Positions 38,881 to 52,113 of a DNA stretch of 60,754 bases are shown here, one piece after another; within the stretch, counting starts at the first letter, position 1, and every line of letters starts with the position of its first letter. The stretch lies in the NCBI GenBank assembly GCA_025201805.1, contig MU619340.1:6926-67679 (forward strand), given 5' to 3'. Made by a program: the position numbers and the translations under genes. This DNA is from Parasitella parasitica NRRL 2501 (taxonomy: Eukaryota; Fungi; Mucoromycota). The notes beneath the pieces were generated by a model. The model worked only from the letters and a program-made list of their open reading frames with translations. It searched no databases and was not told the origin of the DNA.

Positions 38881-40791
38881 ACGGGTTGGATGTACAAAAT
38901 GTGTTTGGTATAGCGAGTTTTCTCCTTGTATTCAGAATTTGATGCTTGACAGCACAGTACCTGGAACCTGGAATCTACCACAATCTTATTATGAAGCTTA
39001 ACTTTTGTTAGTAAAATTACCCTCAACCTCAATTCTAACCTCTATTCTACTTTCTATTTTACATGTTTAGCATTAGAATTACAAAAAAAGGAATTCTTGA
39101 ACTGACATTAGGCATTATTATAAGCAACAATGGTAATAGGGCTTCTCTGTCATTAGCAATTACCAACTTTTGAATAAATTCACAAATAACAAGGGGTTAT
39201 TACAGCAAAACATTGTATTCATTAATTATCCTCTTCTGCTTCCAACCCGATGAGCCACACCTGTTTTATCATATTACTATGAAGAAAGGTATACTTGCGG
39301 TATCAAAATTACTTACTTTATAGAGCTGTGTTATGTACTAGAATTGACATTGACATGATATCATCTCCAGATAGATATTTTTTACAGCTTAAAAGCAAAA
39401 TCCAAAGCTTCGTGTGCCATTTTTTGAGTGATTTTCATAACCAAACGTGCCCTGAAAACACCAGAAATAGTATCCATTGGGAAAAAACTATATTATATAT
39501 GATTTTGGTGCAATTTGAGCATGATTTTTTTTTCGATGCAAAATCACGGATTTTTTTCACTTTTTTCCTTGTATCCACACATCAAAAATCATCGATTATG
39601 CATTATCCTCGATTTTGACTTCAAAAATGCAACTTTTTACTATAGCAAATATTGGAGGGAAATGATCGTAAAAGACCATTCCTTGGTCTGAAAGACTAGG
39701 AATGCGCTCTGGTTAAGCAAAATGTTGACTTTTCCCTCTTGAACTGATTTGAGGTTTTCTCAACAGAACTACTTCCATAAGCATTCAGGAATGATGAAAT
39801 GATGCCATCATGTAGAGCGCTCAAAAATACAGCTATTATCATAGATTGACACCAGTGGTATGCATAGTATCAGAAGATGATATCTTGCCTCAAAGGAGTA
39901 ATTTCGATTTCGGATTGTCCAAATAGAGTTTCTGAAAGAATTTTTCCTTACTGATTTTGGACACGTTTAATCTCCGCTATCAAAGAAAAAATACTGTTTT
40001 CTTTTGAAGAAAGCATTAGCTTTGAGAAACCATAGCTTACTCAATTTAAGAGAAAAACAATTTCAACCTCGTTTACTCAAATGTTGCGCTTCTTGGCTTT
40101 CTAATGGTAGCACTTGCATGTATTTACCTGGCCTGACGATCTCACGCTCCGATTTTGAAAAATACTTTTCCTAAAAAAGCCAGAAAAGTCGCTACCTTCA
40201 TCTAATGTCAACTTAAAAAGCACAGAAACTTGCTCTAAGCATTGCAAGTATGTAATTAAAAGATGCCTTCTAGTCTAATGTAATACTTTGCATTATTTTT
40301 TTTTGTGTTTGAGATCGCTAAACATTGTTTTTCTTACAGTTTTTGTCTTTTTTCTGACATAACACACTGAAATTTGCGTAGACCAAAAAAAAAAAAAAAA
40401 ACCGGCGTCTAAAATAGACGCTGGCTTTATAAAGACACACCAATGTTATAGAAGATACAGTGAGAACGGTAAATTTTGTCACTTTGAGGGAAATGAATGT
40501 CCATGACCAAAAAAATAAATAGCTTTTGATAAGCATATACGCCGTAATCATCTTATAATCTTGTTCTATTTCGAAATATTGGATTTTGTACACTTTTTTA
40601 AAAGGGAGACTCCCATTACTGCAACTGATTTTTTGCACTTAATTTAATACCCGCTAAAATGCTTGCACATAAGTAAATCGCTTTTTATTGGTCTGTAATT
40701 TTGATGACGAGACAATGCGAGGGTACATTTTTTCCTGAGTTATACTGTTTTGCTTTTTATTCCACTTCATCTGCAGTCGACAAAACATCAA

Positions 40792-41175
40792 CATCCCTCT
40801 CTGTTTACTTTCAACACAGTTGACATGAAGGTTGCTGACCCCCTCTACTAAGTTTCGATCCTGCTCTATTGACATCTTTGAAAGTGAGAACTTTTAAAGC
40901 TCTGGACTTTAGACCCATTGAAATTACGCTGCTTGTAGAAAGATTTAACCTTATCTTCAACACCGTAGAGAGTTTTGTTGTACAAAAAGGTATCGGCATC
41001 CCTCTCTGTTTACTTTCAACACAGTTGACATGAAGGTTGTTGACCCCCTCTACTAAGTTTCGATCCTGCTCTATTGACATCTTTGAAAGTGAGAACTTTT
41101 AAAGCTCTGGACTTTAGACCCATTGAAATTACGCTGCTTGTAGAAAGATTTAACCTTATCTTCAACACCGTAGAG
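40792..41175. repeat. Near-perfect tandem duplication of 179 bp (40792-40970, 40997-41175)
   Basis: Copies differ at one base I could find (GGTTGCTG vs GGTTGTTG); 26-bp spacer. Confidence 0.92.
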
Positions 41176-41714
41176 TACCATTTTAAATTGCATCGACTTT
41201 TGAAGAATATTTCGGGTAAGTATTTTTAAAATTGCATTTACTAATTTTTTTTTTAAATAGTGACCCAGACTTTTCCTTATTATAAAACCATTGAGGGTAC
41301 TCATTTTATTGCTCAATTCCCTCATAGTCTTCACATCTGGTTTGCTCTTGCTTTCACCGATTATAGGATTCAACGTGCTTAGGAAAGAGACTTACAACTA
41401 TTTTGGGGCTACGCTGTGTTATCATTATTAAAATTATTTCCAACAAAAAGTGTGATGTACCATTATCACGATGAAATTTTTGCATTTGGAATACCAGTAC
41501 ACTTCAAATCGTATTCCTACATCTCTAGCATTCAAATGATAAATAAAGTTTTCGTTATAAAGAATACTTCAAATTCAAATTGTTCGTTTTTTTTTAAAAA
41601 AAAAAATAAAGCATGTGTATTCTTTTTTACTGTATGAATCAGCAATAACAATAGCATATCTCTTTATTATGTTTTTACTATATACGTAAACACTTACCTA
41701 TTATCAACGTCCTT

Positions 41715-43408
41715 TTAAGCATTCAGTTGGTCAAGAAGTGCTTGGCGATATTGAAACAAATCAGGAATTATTTCAACAAATTTCTTTAACTGATTGGGAG
41801 TGGTAGGGCATAGTAACTCAAAATAAGTTCGTTTGACATAATATTCTCCAAAGTAGAACAGAGATTCAAAATGGATTTTCAAATCTACAAAAAAGGTTAA
41901 TTAGTATACACTACGTATAAATGGATATTAAGACTTTACCATGATATCGTATGTAGTATTGATGAGGTAGGTCTGATCCCTCAGCTTTCTTGATTTTTAA
42001 TAACTTGATTAATTGGCGAATCATCTTTTCTTCGTCACCTTGCGCTTTTTCAGTACCACTATTGTGATCGATTCCGCCAGAGAGTTCAACAAGCAGAGGT
42101 ATTACTGACTTTTTTTTTACTAAGAATGCTACGCCATCCCATTTAACGTCGCCAGTCAAAGGTGTTTGTTTTTCAATCCTATGTCATTTATAAGGTGTAT
42201 GAGGAAGATGGAAAAGTACTGAGTTGTCAATTATACTTGCCATTGCATGTCAATTATATCGTTACAGTCGATAAACATATTATGGAGAATTGGAATAGTT
42301 GTAAAAAAGGCAGCATTCCTTTCCAGCTGTTGTTGCTGCATAGGATTTCTCGGGCTATCAATCAAGTTAAGACTGTGATTATTGAAATCAAAAAAGGAAA
42401 GTTAGTTTATTAGTACTTATTGAACTTGTCAAAATGAACAACTTACAAATGAGTGCACATAACTTCTGTAAAATTAAGATCGGCGTGAATTGAAAGGTCA
42501 AAAGGCTCATCCATATTTAAGGGATAAGATCTGATCAATTCTCTCATTAATCTTGTACTTGGTGCGCAATTGGCCAACTTATTCAGCAATAACTGACAAA
42601 CATGGGTGAAAGTTTTGTGGGGCTAGCTAAAATTTGAGCAGCTTCATTGTGGTGAGTCGAGTCCTTGTCTAAAAAAATAAACTTCTCGCCTAATCTGCAT
42701 AAACAAAAAAAAAGTTAATTGAGCTTAAAAAGTAAAATCTCAACAAGCATACTCATCGAACGAGTGACATTCAAGATCTTCAGTAACTTTTTCATTGGTA
42801 TCTCGTAAACTATGATCTGTTGAACTACTACTGGCTCTGTCACTATCAGAGTCGTCATTTGCTGATGAATTATTTGCAGCTCCACCACTACAAGCAGCAG
42901 CGGCAACCTATTCTGTGTAATTAGTACTTCAGCCATCATCATTCTATTCAACCAAAACTTGCCCTCTTTATGATTGCTTCAAACGCGGAACAAGCTTCTT
43001 CGTTACTTGATTCAGCTGCTATTCTTTGTCTTTTTGCTATTCTCTCTTGTGACTCATTTCTATCTCGACTGGACCAATATTCTTGATATTTCTTAAAAAA
43101 TGCTGTGTTTTCTGCGCTTCTTTCCTAAAATTAAAAGAGATACAAGTTAACAACAAGATTATATCTGATTACATAGGGTAGTTTTTTACATTAAATTCAT
43201 TAACTTTTTGAGCGATCTCGAATTTATCTGCTCCCTTTGCATCTTCCAAAGCTTTTTTCATCGTGTTGCTGTACCAACGATTTATACACCTCTGGTTTCC
43301 ATCAAAAGTGTTGGCAAAGTCAAAATAATCGTATGCTGGAGAAAGCTGACCGGCCGTTGGTAACCAAGAAAAGTAAGAAAGTCTTGTTGCTGCTGGTGTT
43401 TTGAACAT
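41715..43408 (-). pseudogene. Spliced PD-(D/E)xK nuclease-fold gene, near intact (one frameshift ~42605)
   Basis: Multi-exon model MFKTPAATRLSYF...YQEYWSSR...DLNFTEVMCTHFLNLIDSPRNP...LERNAA...QWIEK...VKWDGVAF...LLVELSGG...YYIRYH...CPTTPNQLKKF...LLDQLNA*; needs two GC-AG introns. Confidence 0.7.
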
Positions 43409-45850
43409 AATATTTTTTTAAGGAAGAGAGCAGATAATAAATAGTTATGAATTTTAAACTAAAAGAGTGTTTCAACACTGTCGTACAAGTAACTCTATTA
43501 TGTATTGTTTATTTTATTTTTTATATTTTTATTTCAGTGAATTTTTCACAGTGGTTTTACTTTTTGTAAAAAAGCTTTTGCTATAGTTTCAAAATAAAAA
43601 TGTAAAAGAAGTATCATTTAGGTCAATTTGATTTAACTTGTGATATCTCTTTTACTTCAAAAGGACAAAATTAGTAGACCTAAAGGGACATAAATTTTTG
43701 GAAAAGTGACATTTATTTTTTGGTCATGGACATTCATTTCCTCAAAGTGACAAAATTTACCGTTCTCACTGTATGACACAGGTTCGACTAGCTGTTCTAC
43801 TGTGCAACTGGATATTGAGAACCCAGCTTGGTACTTGTCTGACAAGACCTTCTACACTAGAAGACGCCAGATCAAAGCTAAAGGTATAAGAGAGTGCCAG
43901 AAAAAAAGGAAACAATCTGCCACCAGGAGAACAAACCCATTCATTAAAAAAAAAAATACCTGTATAGAGATTTAGGAAATCCTAAGGACATGAATAAAGC
44001 TTATCTTCAACCTTGCTCTCCGTTCCGGAATCCAGTTAAAGGTTTTTGATCCAAAGTCAACATAGACACTTACACCCAGAGTCACAGATGTTTGTCGATA
44101 GACAACCGCAACATTCTTTAAAAATTACCTTGAACGTTGAAGATATGATTTAGATAGCTTGATTCACAACACATGCTCTTTGTATTTTCATCATGAATGA
44201 AACAAAGCAATTTACTCTTTTTCTCTAAATATGGAATTCCCACTTGAAATCTTTTGAAGAAGACATTTCTTTTTAATCCGTGGAAGAGTAGGAGTTTTCT
44301 GAAGAACTACGGCATTGTTATAACGAAATAAAACTTTGATTCAATCTTTTCAAACGTTGAACTGGAAACCTAATTAGCAATACATCTGCAACTCTGATGA
44401 AATCTATCAGTAAAAAGAAATGATATAGGTATCATTAAGTTTTACATAAGAAACAAAAACAGTTGTTTAGCAATTATTCGTCATGAATATTTCATCTTGG
44501 TACTATCAATTTGGTAAAGAATATGCAATATAATTACGTTATGAATTATAGTATTAAATGGCCATTCATTACGCTACGCAGCAGTAAAATTGTTCAACTG
44601 TAACGGATCTCGAATTTCACCTCCCTGCTAATTAGCAACGATCATGCAAAATCTACAAGATTTTTTATAGATAAAAGATTTCGATACAGTTATTATAAAA
44701 AATGAGAGTCCATACCAAGTATCCTAAAGAATTATAAAAACCAAATTTTTGTTTGTCATAATGTTTTGATGTTGAATAAAAAGTATTTAAAATTATTTAA
44801 TACCATGTGAAAGGAAGGTTCTGTTGGGATCATCATTTTTTAATCTTATAAAGAGTCTACTATTGTCCAGAGATTAAATACTTGATTGTATTGCAAAGAT
44901 TAGATTTTAACATGTCATCATCTTATAAAAGATGGAGATATGTTGTAGATAATGACTAGACTTGAATAATGTGTAAGGCCGTACTGAAGAGTGTCAATAT
45001 CGGTTAATGGTTTAAACTTCAGTGATCCTGTTTGAGATGTCTGGAAAAAAAAAAGAAATCTACTATATATAGGATAAGTAATACTCAGGTGAAAAGAGAT
45101 GGTTTGTATGAAATTTACTAAAGTCATTAAACTATTTTTTTTTATTTCAAGACGTTGATAATGAATTAGCAAGGGAAAGCATGTATAATCCCAAAGGCTC
45201 AACACAAATCCATGAGCTCTGTATTGGCCTGAATAAGCACAGGCCTGCCATGATCCGAGCGCCGCTTAAGCAAAGCAGGTCTGCTACATGGATCCTAATT
45301 TTTCTATTTATCTGGCCAATCTCTTTTTACATGTTTGCAATCGACGTGGTATTGAAAGGCATGTAACTACGCATTTAATGCATTATGTTTTAAAGAGTTA
45401 ATTAGCAGACAGATAAGTTGAGATGTTGAGACTTTCTCTCAAAAAAAGGTGAGAGTCGATCCCACTACTACTTTTAACTGTCAGAAGACACATGTCAAAC
45501 TAAGCGGTGTTTTATCAAACAAAACCTATCAAACTACCATGAACGAGTCAAACAAGAGGGCAACATCGCCAAATAGTAACGTGATCCTTGTCCTGATTTT
45601 CAGACTGATTGGTGTGTTTGGAAAAGATCATTTCCGCAAAAGAGTCTTTCTGGCAATTTCAGGAATATGTCTTTTTTATAAACATGGCAGTTTCTTTTTT
45701 GGGTTTTTTTTGAGTTTTTTTTTTCTTGCCCTTCTTTTCTTCTTCTTTTTTTTCAACTTTCCCTACAAATATCTTTGCGGAAAATATCTCTTTTTTGTCC
45801 CTTTTCAATCAATCTACTTTGAAAAAAAAATCTTGCATTGATTAATCAAA

Positions 45851-46935
45851 ATGTCAGAGGAAGACAGCAACTATTCCTGTCCTCAATGCTCGAAAAGTAA
45901 GTATATGACGGAATGAAATAAAAAAAAATAAAAAAAAAAATAGGGGAAAATCGGTTCATATTTCCTCGAAAAGCAAAATTATAAAATGCTGGCATTAACT
46001 TGAATTTTTTCCTCTTTTATTTTTCATCTCTCAAGTTTTTGCGACAAGATCTAATCTGTAAGTAGTTAACCATGATGAAACGATTGGCTTTTTCTCACTT
46101 CAACTCCTGTCAATAGAAAACGCCACATGGAAAATCCCAACATTCACAACATACCGTATGCAAGAAGCCGAGACCAAAAGCGATGGAGTGGCCACACAAA
46201 AAAGGTATCGTCAAGGGCAGATACAACAGAAAGGTAGCTATTTGTTGATATATTGGATGACCCAGCGCTAACAGTGTTGATAGAATGCGCAAGTGGAGAG
46301 CTGAAAATCGAGATAAAAACAAAAAAAATGATTTGCGTTGCAGAGTTTATCGATTAGCTCGTCAGAAATTTGGTGAAGATGAATCCGAAGAAAAGCAACA
46401 ATTTATCACTGAAGAAATAAACAGGAGACTCGGTCGACGCATGTTACTGGAACAGAAAAATAAGGAAAATGCAACATCTACAGACTCAACATGCCGCATC
46501 AAATTGAAAGAAGAATTTAACAACGAAACCCATATGCCTTTCGGTAGATATCCATCCATATCGCCTCCGCAGCAAGAAACTCTGAACGAATTGCCGTTTT
46601 ACTGCGCACCTCTCCATAAGATTGAGCTTCCTTCAATTAACATGGACAACAGACAGCCTAGTCAGAGTACCGAACCCTTGGGTTATATCAATAAAAGTCA
46701 GCCTCCGTCCCCACTGAGTGACAACACTAAACCGGAAGATGGTGATAGAAGACTTAGTGAATGCAGCATGCATTCATTTACCAGCAACAGATCGCTTGAC
46801 ACTAATAGCATTAACACATCTACAAACACTCCAAAAGTAAATAGCTCTAATAATCACGACCGAACATTAACAACAAAACTCTGTGATACATTGCCACCAA
46901 TGTTGGCATTTTTACCTCCTGTATCCCGAGGATAG
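45851..46935 (+). CDS. C2H2 zinc finger plus DUF3020 domain protein
   Basis: Spliced YSCPQCSKIFATRSNLKRHMENPNIH then ERMRKWRAENRDKNKKNDLRCRVYRLARQKFG (DUF3020-like). Confidence 0.8.
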
Positions 46936-47420
46936 CAAAAGCCAATTACATTCTCAATAATTTATATGAAATGTCAAAATTTCCTGTATATACATATATA
47001 ATTATCATATATACGTGTAATAATTCTATTTCCATTTTCAATAAAAAGCTGGTTTTTTTTTTCTGTGAAAAAATAACATGCCATTTTTGACACGGCCGTT
47101 GCAGACACACAGTGTTTGAGTAAGGCTTTGTTTTTCAAGCTCATCTGATCCAATACATGTCCAATGGCTTTTTGTCGTGAGCACTCCATATTTTTGACTC
47201 GATTGATTATGTTTGAGGGATAAACAGCTGCACGGAGTTCCAGGGCCTCCAGACTGGTAGCATTTGTGTGTGTGTGTGGTGACATGAAAATGCTACTCGA
47301 CCAGACTAGTGTCATCCAATCACCAACTCAAGTAATGTCTCTCCCCAAACCTTATTTTTTTTTTTTCATTATATTACACCCTGTTTACTCTTCTTTTTTC
47401 TTTCTTCTTTTCTTTCACTC

Positions 47421-49662
47421 ATGACAGAATTTATAGTGTATGAAGATTCGCCGCTGGATGAATATTTGCAATGTATGTGTGGATGGACAATAGCAAACAT
47501 TTGCGGGCTCATTTCTAATATATTACAAACACTTTCATTAGCCATTGATCAAGTGGAAGCAACAGTGAAAGTAGCGCCTCCATCGCTTGTTATCAACAGC
47601 CCAGCAAACTACTCGTCTGTGTCTACCAAGCAGTCTAATATATTGAGAATGTGGAGACTCTCGCTGTTTCGTGTAAACCTACCTCCTCTTGGAACGTCGA
47701 GAGGACCCTTCAACTGATCTTTTTTCTTTTTTTTTTTTTTCTGTAGGATGCATTCTCGATATCTTTGCCTCGAGCAGAAGAGACAGCTTTTGAAGAAAAG
47801 TTCAAATACTTGATTGTTACATCGCCTTTGTTAAGCGAGACGCTTACTGTTAACCACCATCCCAAGCACAACAGCAACAAGCTACCAAATACGACGGAAT
47901 TACCATTTCAGTCAACTCGGACAACAAAGTTGGGTGTCACCACAAACCTTGTTGCCACATTGGCAATGCTTCTCGGAGCCGAAAAGTATTTATTCCAGCC
48001 TAGATTTCCAATCATGACAATCATCTTTTCCACTTCAGCATCATTGTTCTTTTTCTATAGACACAAGGTAAGCAAAGAGAGGAGAAGGAGGAGGAAGAGG
48101 AAGAGGAAGAGGAGGGAGAAGGGAGAAGGGGGAGCGCTACTAGAAAAGGATTTTGCAAAAGCATTCGGCAGCTGCTAATGTGTTTTGGATGCAGCGTCGG
48201 TCATCAATCCGGCAATTGTACCAAATCGCTTTGTCGAGACTGCAATTGTTCAACGATCACAGCGAGACCTTTGACAACAAAGTACATCGCGTACTGATCA
48301 CGATTCAGGAGATCGAGTTGGTATCTCGGGGATACCGACTCTCGACGCCGTTGTCCCCCATTTCTCGCATCGAGCACAAGAGCAAAAACAGAAAATGCAT
48401 TCAGCTTCGTAATCGATTATCGTCCATCCTGAGAAGGGCGTTTATTATTTACGAGGAAGGCATCATCGATTTAATGGACGTGATCAACAAGAAGAATTTG
48501 AGCACGCTGTACGAAATGTACAATGTGCATTCTATTGCGTCACTTTCTGCAATGGGGGAAGAGAACGGGGATGCATACAGTCTGGATCAGTTGAAAAAAC
48601 TGGCCCAAATCATGCATTTGAAACGTAGAGAGTGCATGGTCCACTTTTTGGCCCTGGGCGTTATGACCGATGAACACGATTCTGTTCGCTTTGATTATCA
48701 GCATGGTTGGAGACTCGTGAACGATGTTTTGAAAAAGCTAGTGGATGAAACTGAGCGGTTTACAAAGGACATTATGGAGGCTTTGGATGCTGAATTTTGT
48801 ATGTATCTTTTGTGTTTACGTTGGCAAAAAAAAATGGCACTGTATTTAACACCGAGAACACGCTTAGATCAACCAATGAAGGATGATGATAAAAGGAGAA
48901 CGACTCTGAAAATAGAAGACACTAGACTCAAGAAATTTGTTCACCAACTGTCATCGTTGGAGCAGCAATTACGTACGATGGAAGCAAAGATATACTTGTG
49001 TAACGAAGATGTCCAGCACTTAAATTCAGGTTTGTTCAGTTTATTTGACTGTTGCAGGAAAGAAAAAAAAAAAAAAAAAAAAACTCAAGAGTCCAACGTA
49101 CAGAGTCTTCCAGCGATGAAGCTAGGGAAAAATTGCGCCACGAGTACATGTCAGTGCAACGAGGGTTTGAAAACATGGTCTCTGAATGGGAAGACGGAAG
49201 AGTTGTCTTGGAGTCCTTTTTGGCACCAGCAGATTTACCTTGCTCACCTATTGCTTCACCGACATTAAATGCTACAGCCTCCGCCTCTGAAGAACCATCG
49301 GTTGAAGAAAGCGAGGGGAAAGGCATCATACTAGATGCTGAGGATGTGGCCGACATACTGAACCTTCCGTTGGCTTCAAAAGCGTCTGTCTTTGAAGCAA
49401 TCGCAGGCGTCGTGGAAAAGAATGGGAAAGAGAAATCTAAAAAGACTCGCCAGGAAAGAATTGAAGAAATGAAGTTACAGCGCTCAAAGCAGGTAGGATC
49501 TCAGCTGTCGTCTGCGCTGACTGGACCGATTAACAAACTTTAATTCAGAATGAGGAGAGATCGGCAAGGATGGACTCTCAGACTATGGTGCATGAATTAA
49601 AGAGTGTGCTTTATAAAAGAATCACTGAACTAGAGTTGGATCAAGACCACGAGAAGCGCTGA
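47421..49662 (+). CDS. Vezatin-domain (myosin-binding, VezA-like) protein
   Basis: Multi-exon; YEDSPLDEYL, FEEKFKYLIVTSPLL, two hydrophobic segments, IQEIELVSRGYRLSTPLSPISRIE, C-terminal RQERIEEMK and MVHELKSVL. Confidence 0.82.
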
Positions 49663-50882
49663 TTCTGGATGCATATAGATCTTGACGATTATTACTACTG
49701 CTACTGCTACTACTACTACTACTACTACTACACTATACCCCTTATACTATGAAAATAAAGTACCGTATCTTGGAATCTCATGAAGACTGACTCAGAGACC
49801 CATTGTTCGCATCCCCATTGCGCTAATGTATCGTTAAATACATCGTAGATGATCAATCTTTAGAAATTTATTGAACGAGCCATGATTGTTTACCTCTTAT
49901 AGACATTGTTTCTTAATGCAAATTATGCAAGGAAGAGGGCAGGTAGTGAATTTGAGCGGGTGCTCGCCAATATCATTGCTAACCGACACTGAGATCCTAA
50001 TTTATGCGACAGATTTCATTCCAATAGTATTAAAGATGAAAAATCAGGCTTTTCGTGCTTGCGCTACAAGGTGCTCGATTTGTGGATACAGGCTTGTAGA
50101 ATCTCAACAATAATAGATGCGTGCAAACCTAAATTCATATACATTTTTGTGAAAACAAAGAGACAAACGTGGTTTACAGTGGAAAAACATTCAGAGGTAC
50201 CAAATAATGAGTTATACAAGACTAGCAATGACGCTGAAATACTACATATCAGCAATAAAAAGGGCAATACAAGAAGAGTGTCTACTACAATATTCGAGTT
50301 TACGATGCATTGTTTTGATAACTTTGTCAGAATGTTTGTTTAGAAAGCAACCGAGCATTTTATGGGTTTCAAGATTCATTGTTATTGTTTGTACCGTATC
50401 TAGAATTAATGCAACTGCGACTTTCATGGGCAAGATAAAATTGAGCATCAAGCATCCCTGGATACAAAGAGTGTCTGAATTATGATAGACTGAACTTTGG
50501 TCAGGAGTGCAATCGCTCGCAGATAGTTTTTAATATCTACGGTACTAGCTTTGCTTTTTTTTTTTTTACTTTCTGCGCTTTGGGCGTAAATTGTAGAGTT
50601 CAATTAGGATGTGACAATAAAAACAAAATTCTTCTTTCCTCCCTTGAACATTATCAGTGTGTGTCTTAGTTTTTCTCACAAACTTTGGTAATGGCTTAAC
50701 AAACTGTTTACTCAATGAGTAAGATGTATAGCAAGGATCAAGAGAATACCAAAGTTGCCAAAGAAGAGGGACAGGCTCTCGTATAATAATGATAAAAAAG
50801 ATATCCCTATTTCCTTAGATCTGTCAACAATTCATTGATAAATTAATATAAAAAAGTCAACGCTAAGTAACTCTTTTTGCAC

Positions 50883-51500
50883 ATAACTTTTGATAGACAC
50901 ATTACCCAGTGGAAACATATAACCAAGTTAAGCGCAGATAGCGATGATTATCCCTGTTCTCGCGGCGCATAAGACATGTTTTATTTTGCTCTTTTATCAA
51001 AGCCTATCATGATTAAATGCAATTTTGATGTGAAAGTTTATGTTATCAGCTAATAACTTTATGGATAAATGTATCTCCTTCCATTTGTGTCGTTGTAAAC
51101 GAACAATCGTCTTGTATTTTTTAAAATGATTCATCATAAAGCTCATCTATAAAGTTATTATTGTTATCCATTTCAATCATTTTTAATATTCTTGATTCAT
51201 GTGTAATTTTCATATGACAGGCATTATCTTTTGCTGATAACTTTTTATATCAATTTGTTTGTCCATAGAAAGATGTTTGTATAGGATGGTGCCAATTTTT
51301 CCATGTCTTTTCCGGGCTTAATCGTTTTGCTTATCGTTTTTGTTGCTCGAAACCGCCTCCACACATGTACTTCACATTGCGGAGCAGGTTTAAGACACTG
51401 GCATTGATTCACAAGAAGCTTCAATATTCCTGGTAATATTTGAATCATCAATCTAACAGTTGCATGCTTAATCTCATGCCTTTCTGGCACAGAATACTTT
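50883..51500. repeat. Degenerate TE remnant sharing sequence with the 0.6-4.9 kb cluster
   Basis: 50883-51030 is a diverged copy of the 4422/4760 repeat; TGCTTAATCTCATGCCTTTC.GGCACA at ~51465 matches ~623-649. Confidence 0.65.
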
Positions 51501-52113
51501 GTCGAAAATTATAGACTTGCGCCCTGAATAATGAACAAAAGTGTAGTAGAATATTTTCGTAATCAAATGTTTCAAGAAAAGGAAATCAATTCATACAATC
51601 CGTTTCTTGGCTTACTTCCCCCCCCCCTCAATTCCGCAGAAGAAGGCTAATAAAAAAAAAGAAAGCTTCGTTCGCTCGAAGATCCGTCCAAACACACACA
51701 AGATGAAAGAAAGAGAAGAAGAGGAATGGGTGTGATTTTTTTAGAGTGGCTCTATTCGTATTGTTTGAGTAAACATGCTCGGATGTTTTTCTGCCTAGCA
51801 ACTGGTAAATGCGGCCAAAAGTGGTTTTGTTGTCCAAGCGTAGCCATTTATTATTTGGTTGGATCAAAAGGCATTCATACGTTTCCAATCCACACTTTGA
51901 AAGCAAAAAGTAATCTTTAGTGAACTGTGTCTCTTCCATTGATACCACACCATACAAAATATTTGACATGTGTGGTTCCCCAAGTTAAGCAGAGCGCTCC
52001 TTTTCCAATCAAAACATGCTTCGTGACTGCCAATACCTTTAGGTTTGACATTTAAGCAAAAAAAAAAAAAAAAAATTGCCAAATGATTCAAGCTCTTTTA
52101 TTAAATCAAAACC

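Larger units (their letters stand above)
40458..43771. mobile_element. 3314-bp TA-flanked TIR DNA transposon (Tc1/mariner-type ends, no recognisable transposase) carrying a nuclease-like gene
   Basis: Left TA|CAGTGAGAACGGTAAATTTTGTCACTTTGAGGGAAATGAATGTCCATGACCAAAAAAATAAAT (40458-40520); near-perfect reverse complement at 43711-43771 followed by TA. Confidence 0.9.

Noticed and set aside
40792-41175. CRISPR-like repeat-spacer array, or a Merlin/MULE transposase from the HVNCVES motif
   Set aside because: Only two long copies in a eukaryote, and a single short motif without other catalytic residues is not enough.
48068-48193. Basic RRRRKRKRK NLS-like stretch in the vezatin ORF
   Set aside because: Read-through into a purine-rich intron (GTAAGC...GCTAAT...CAG).
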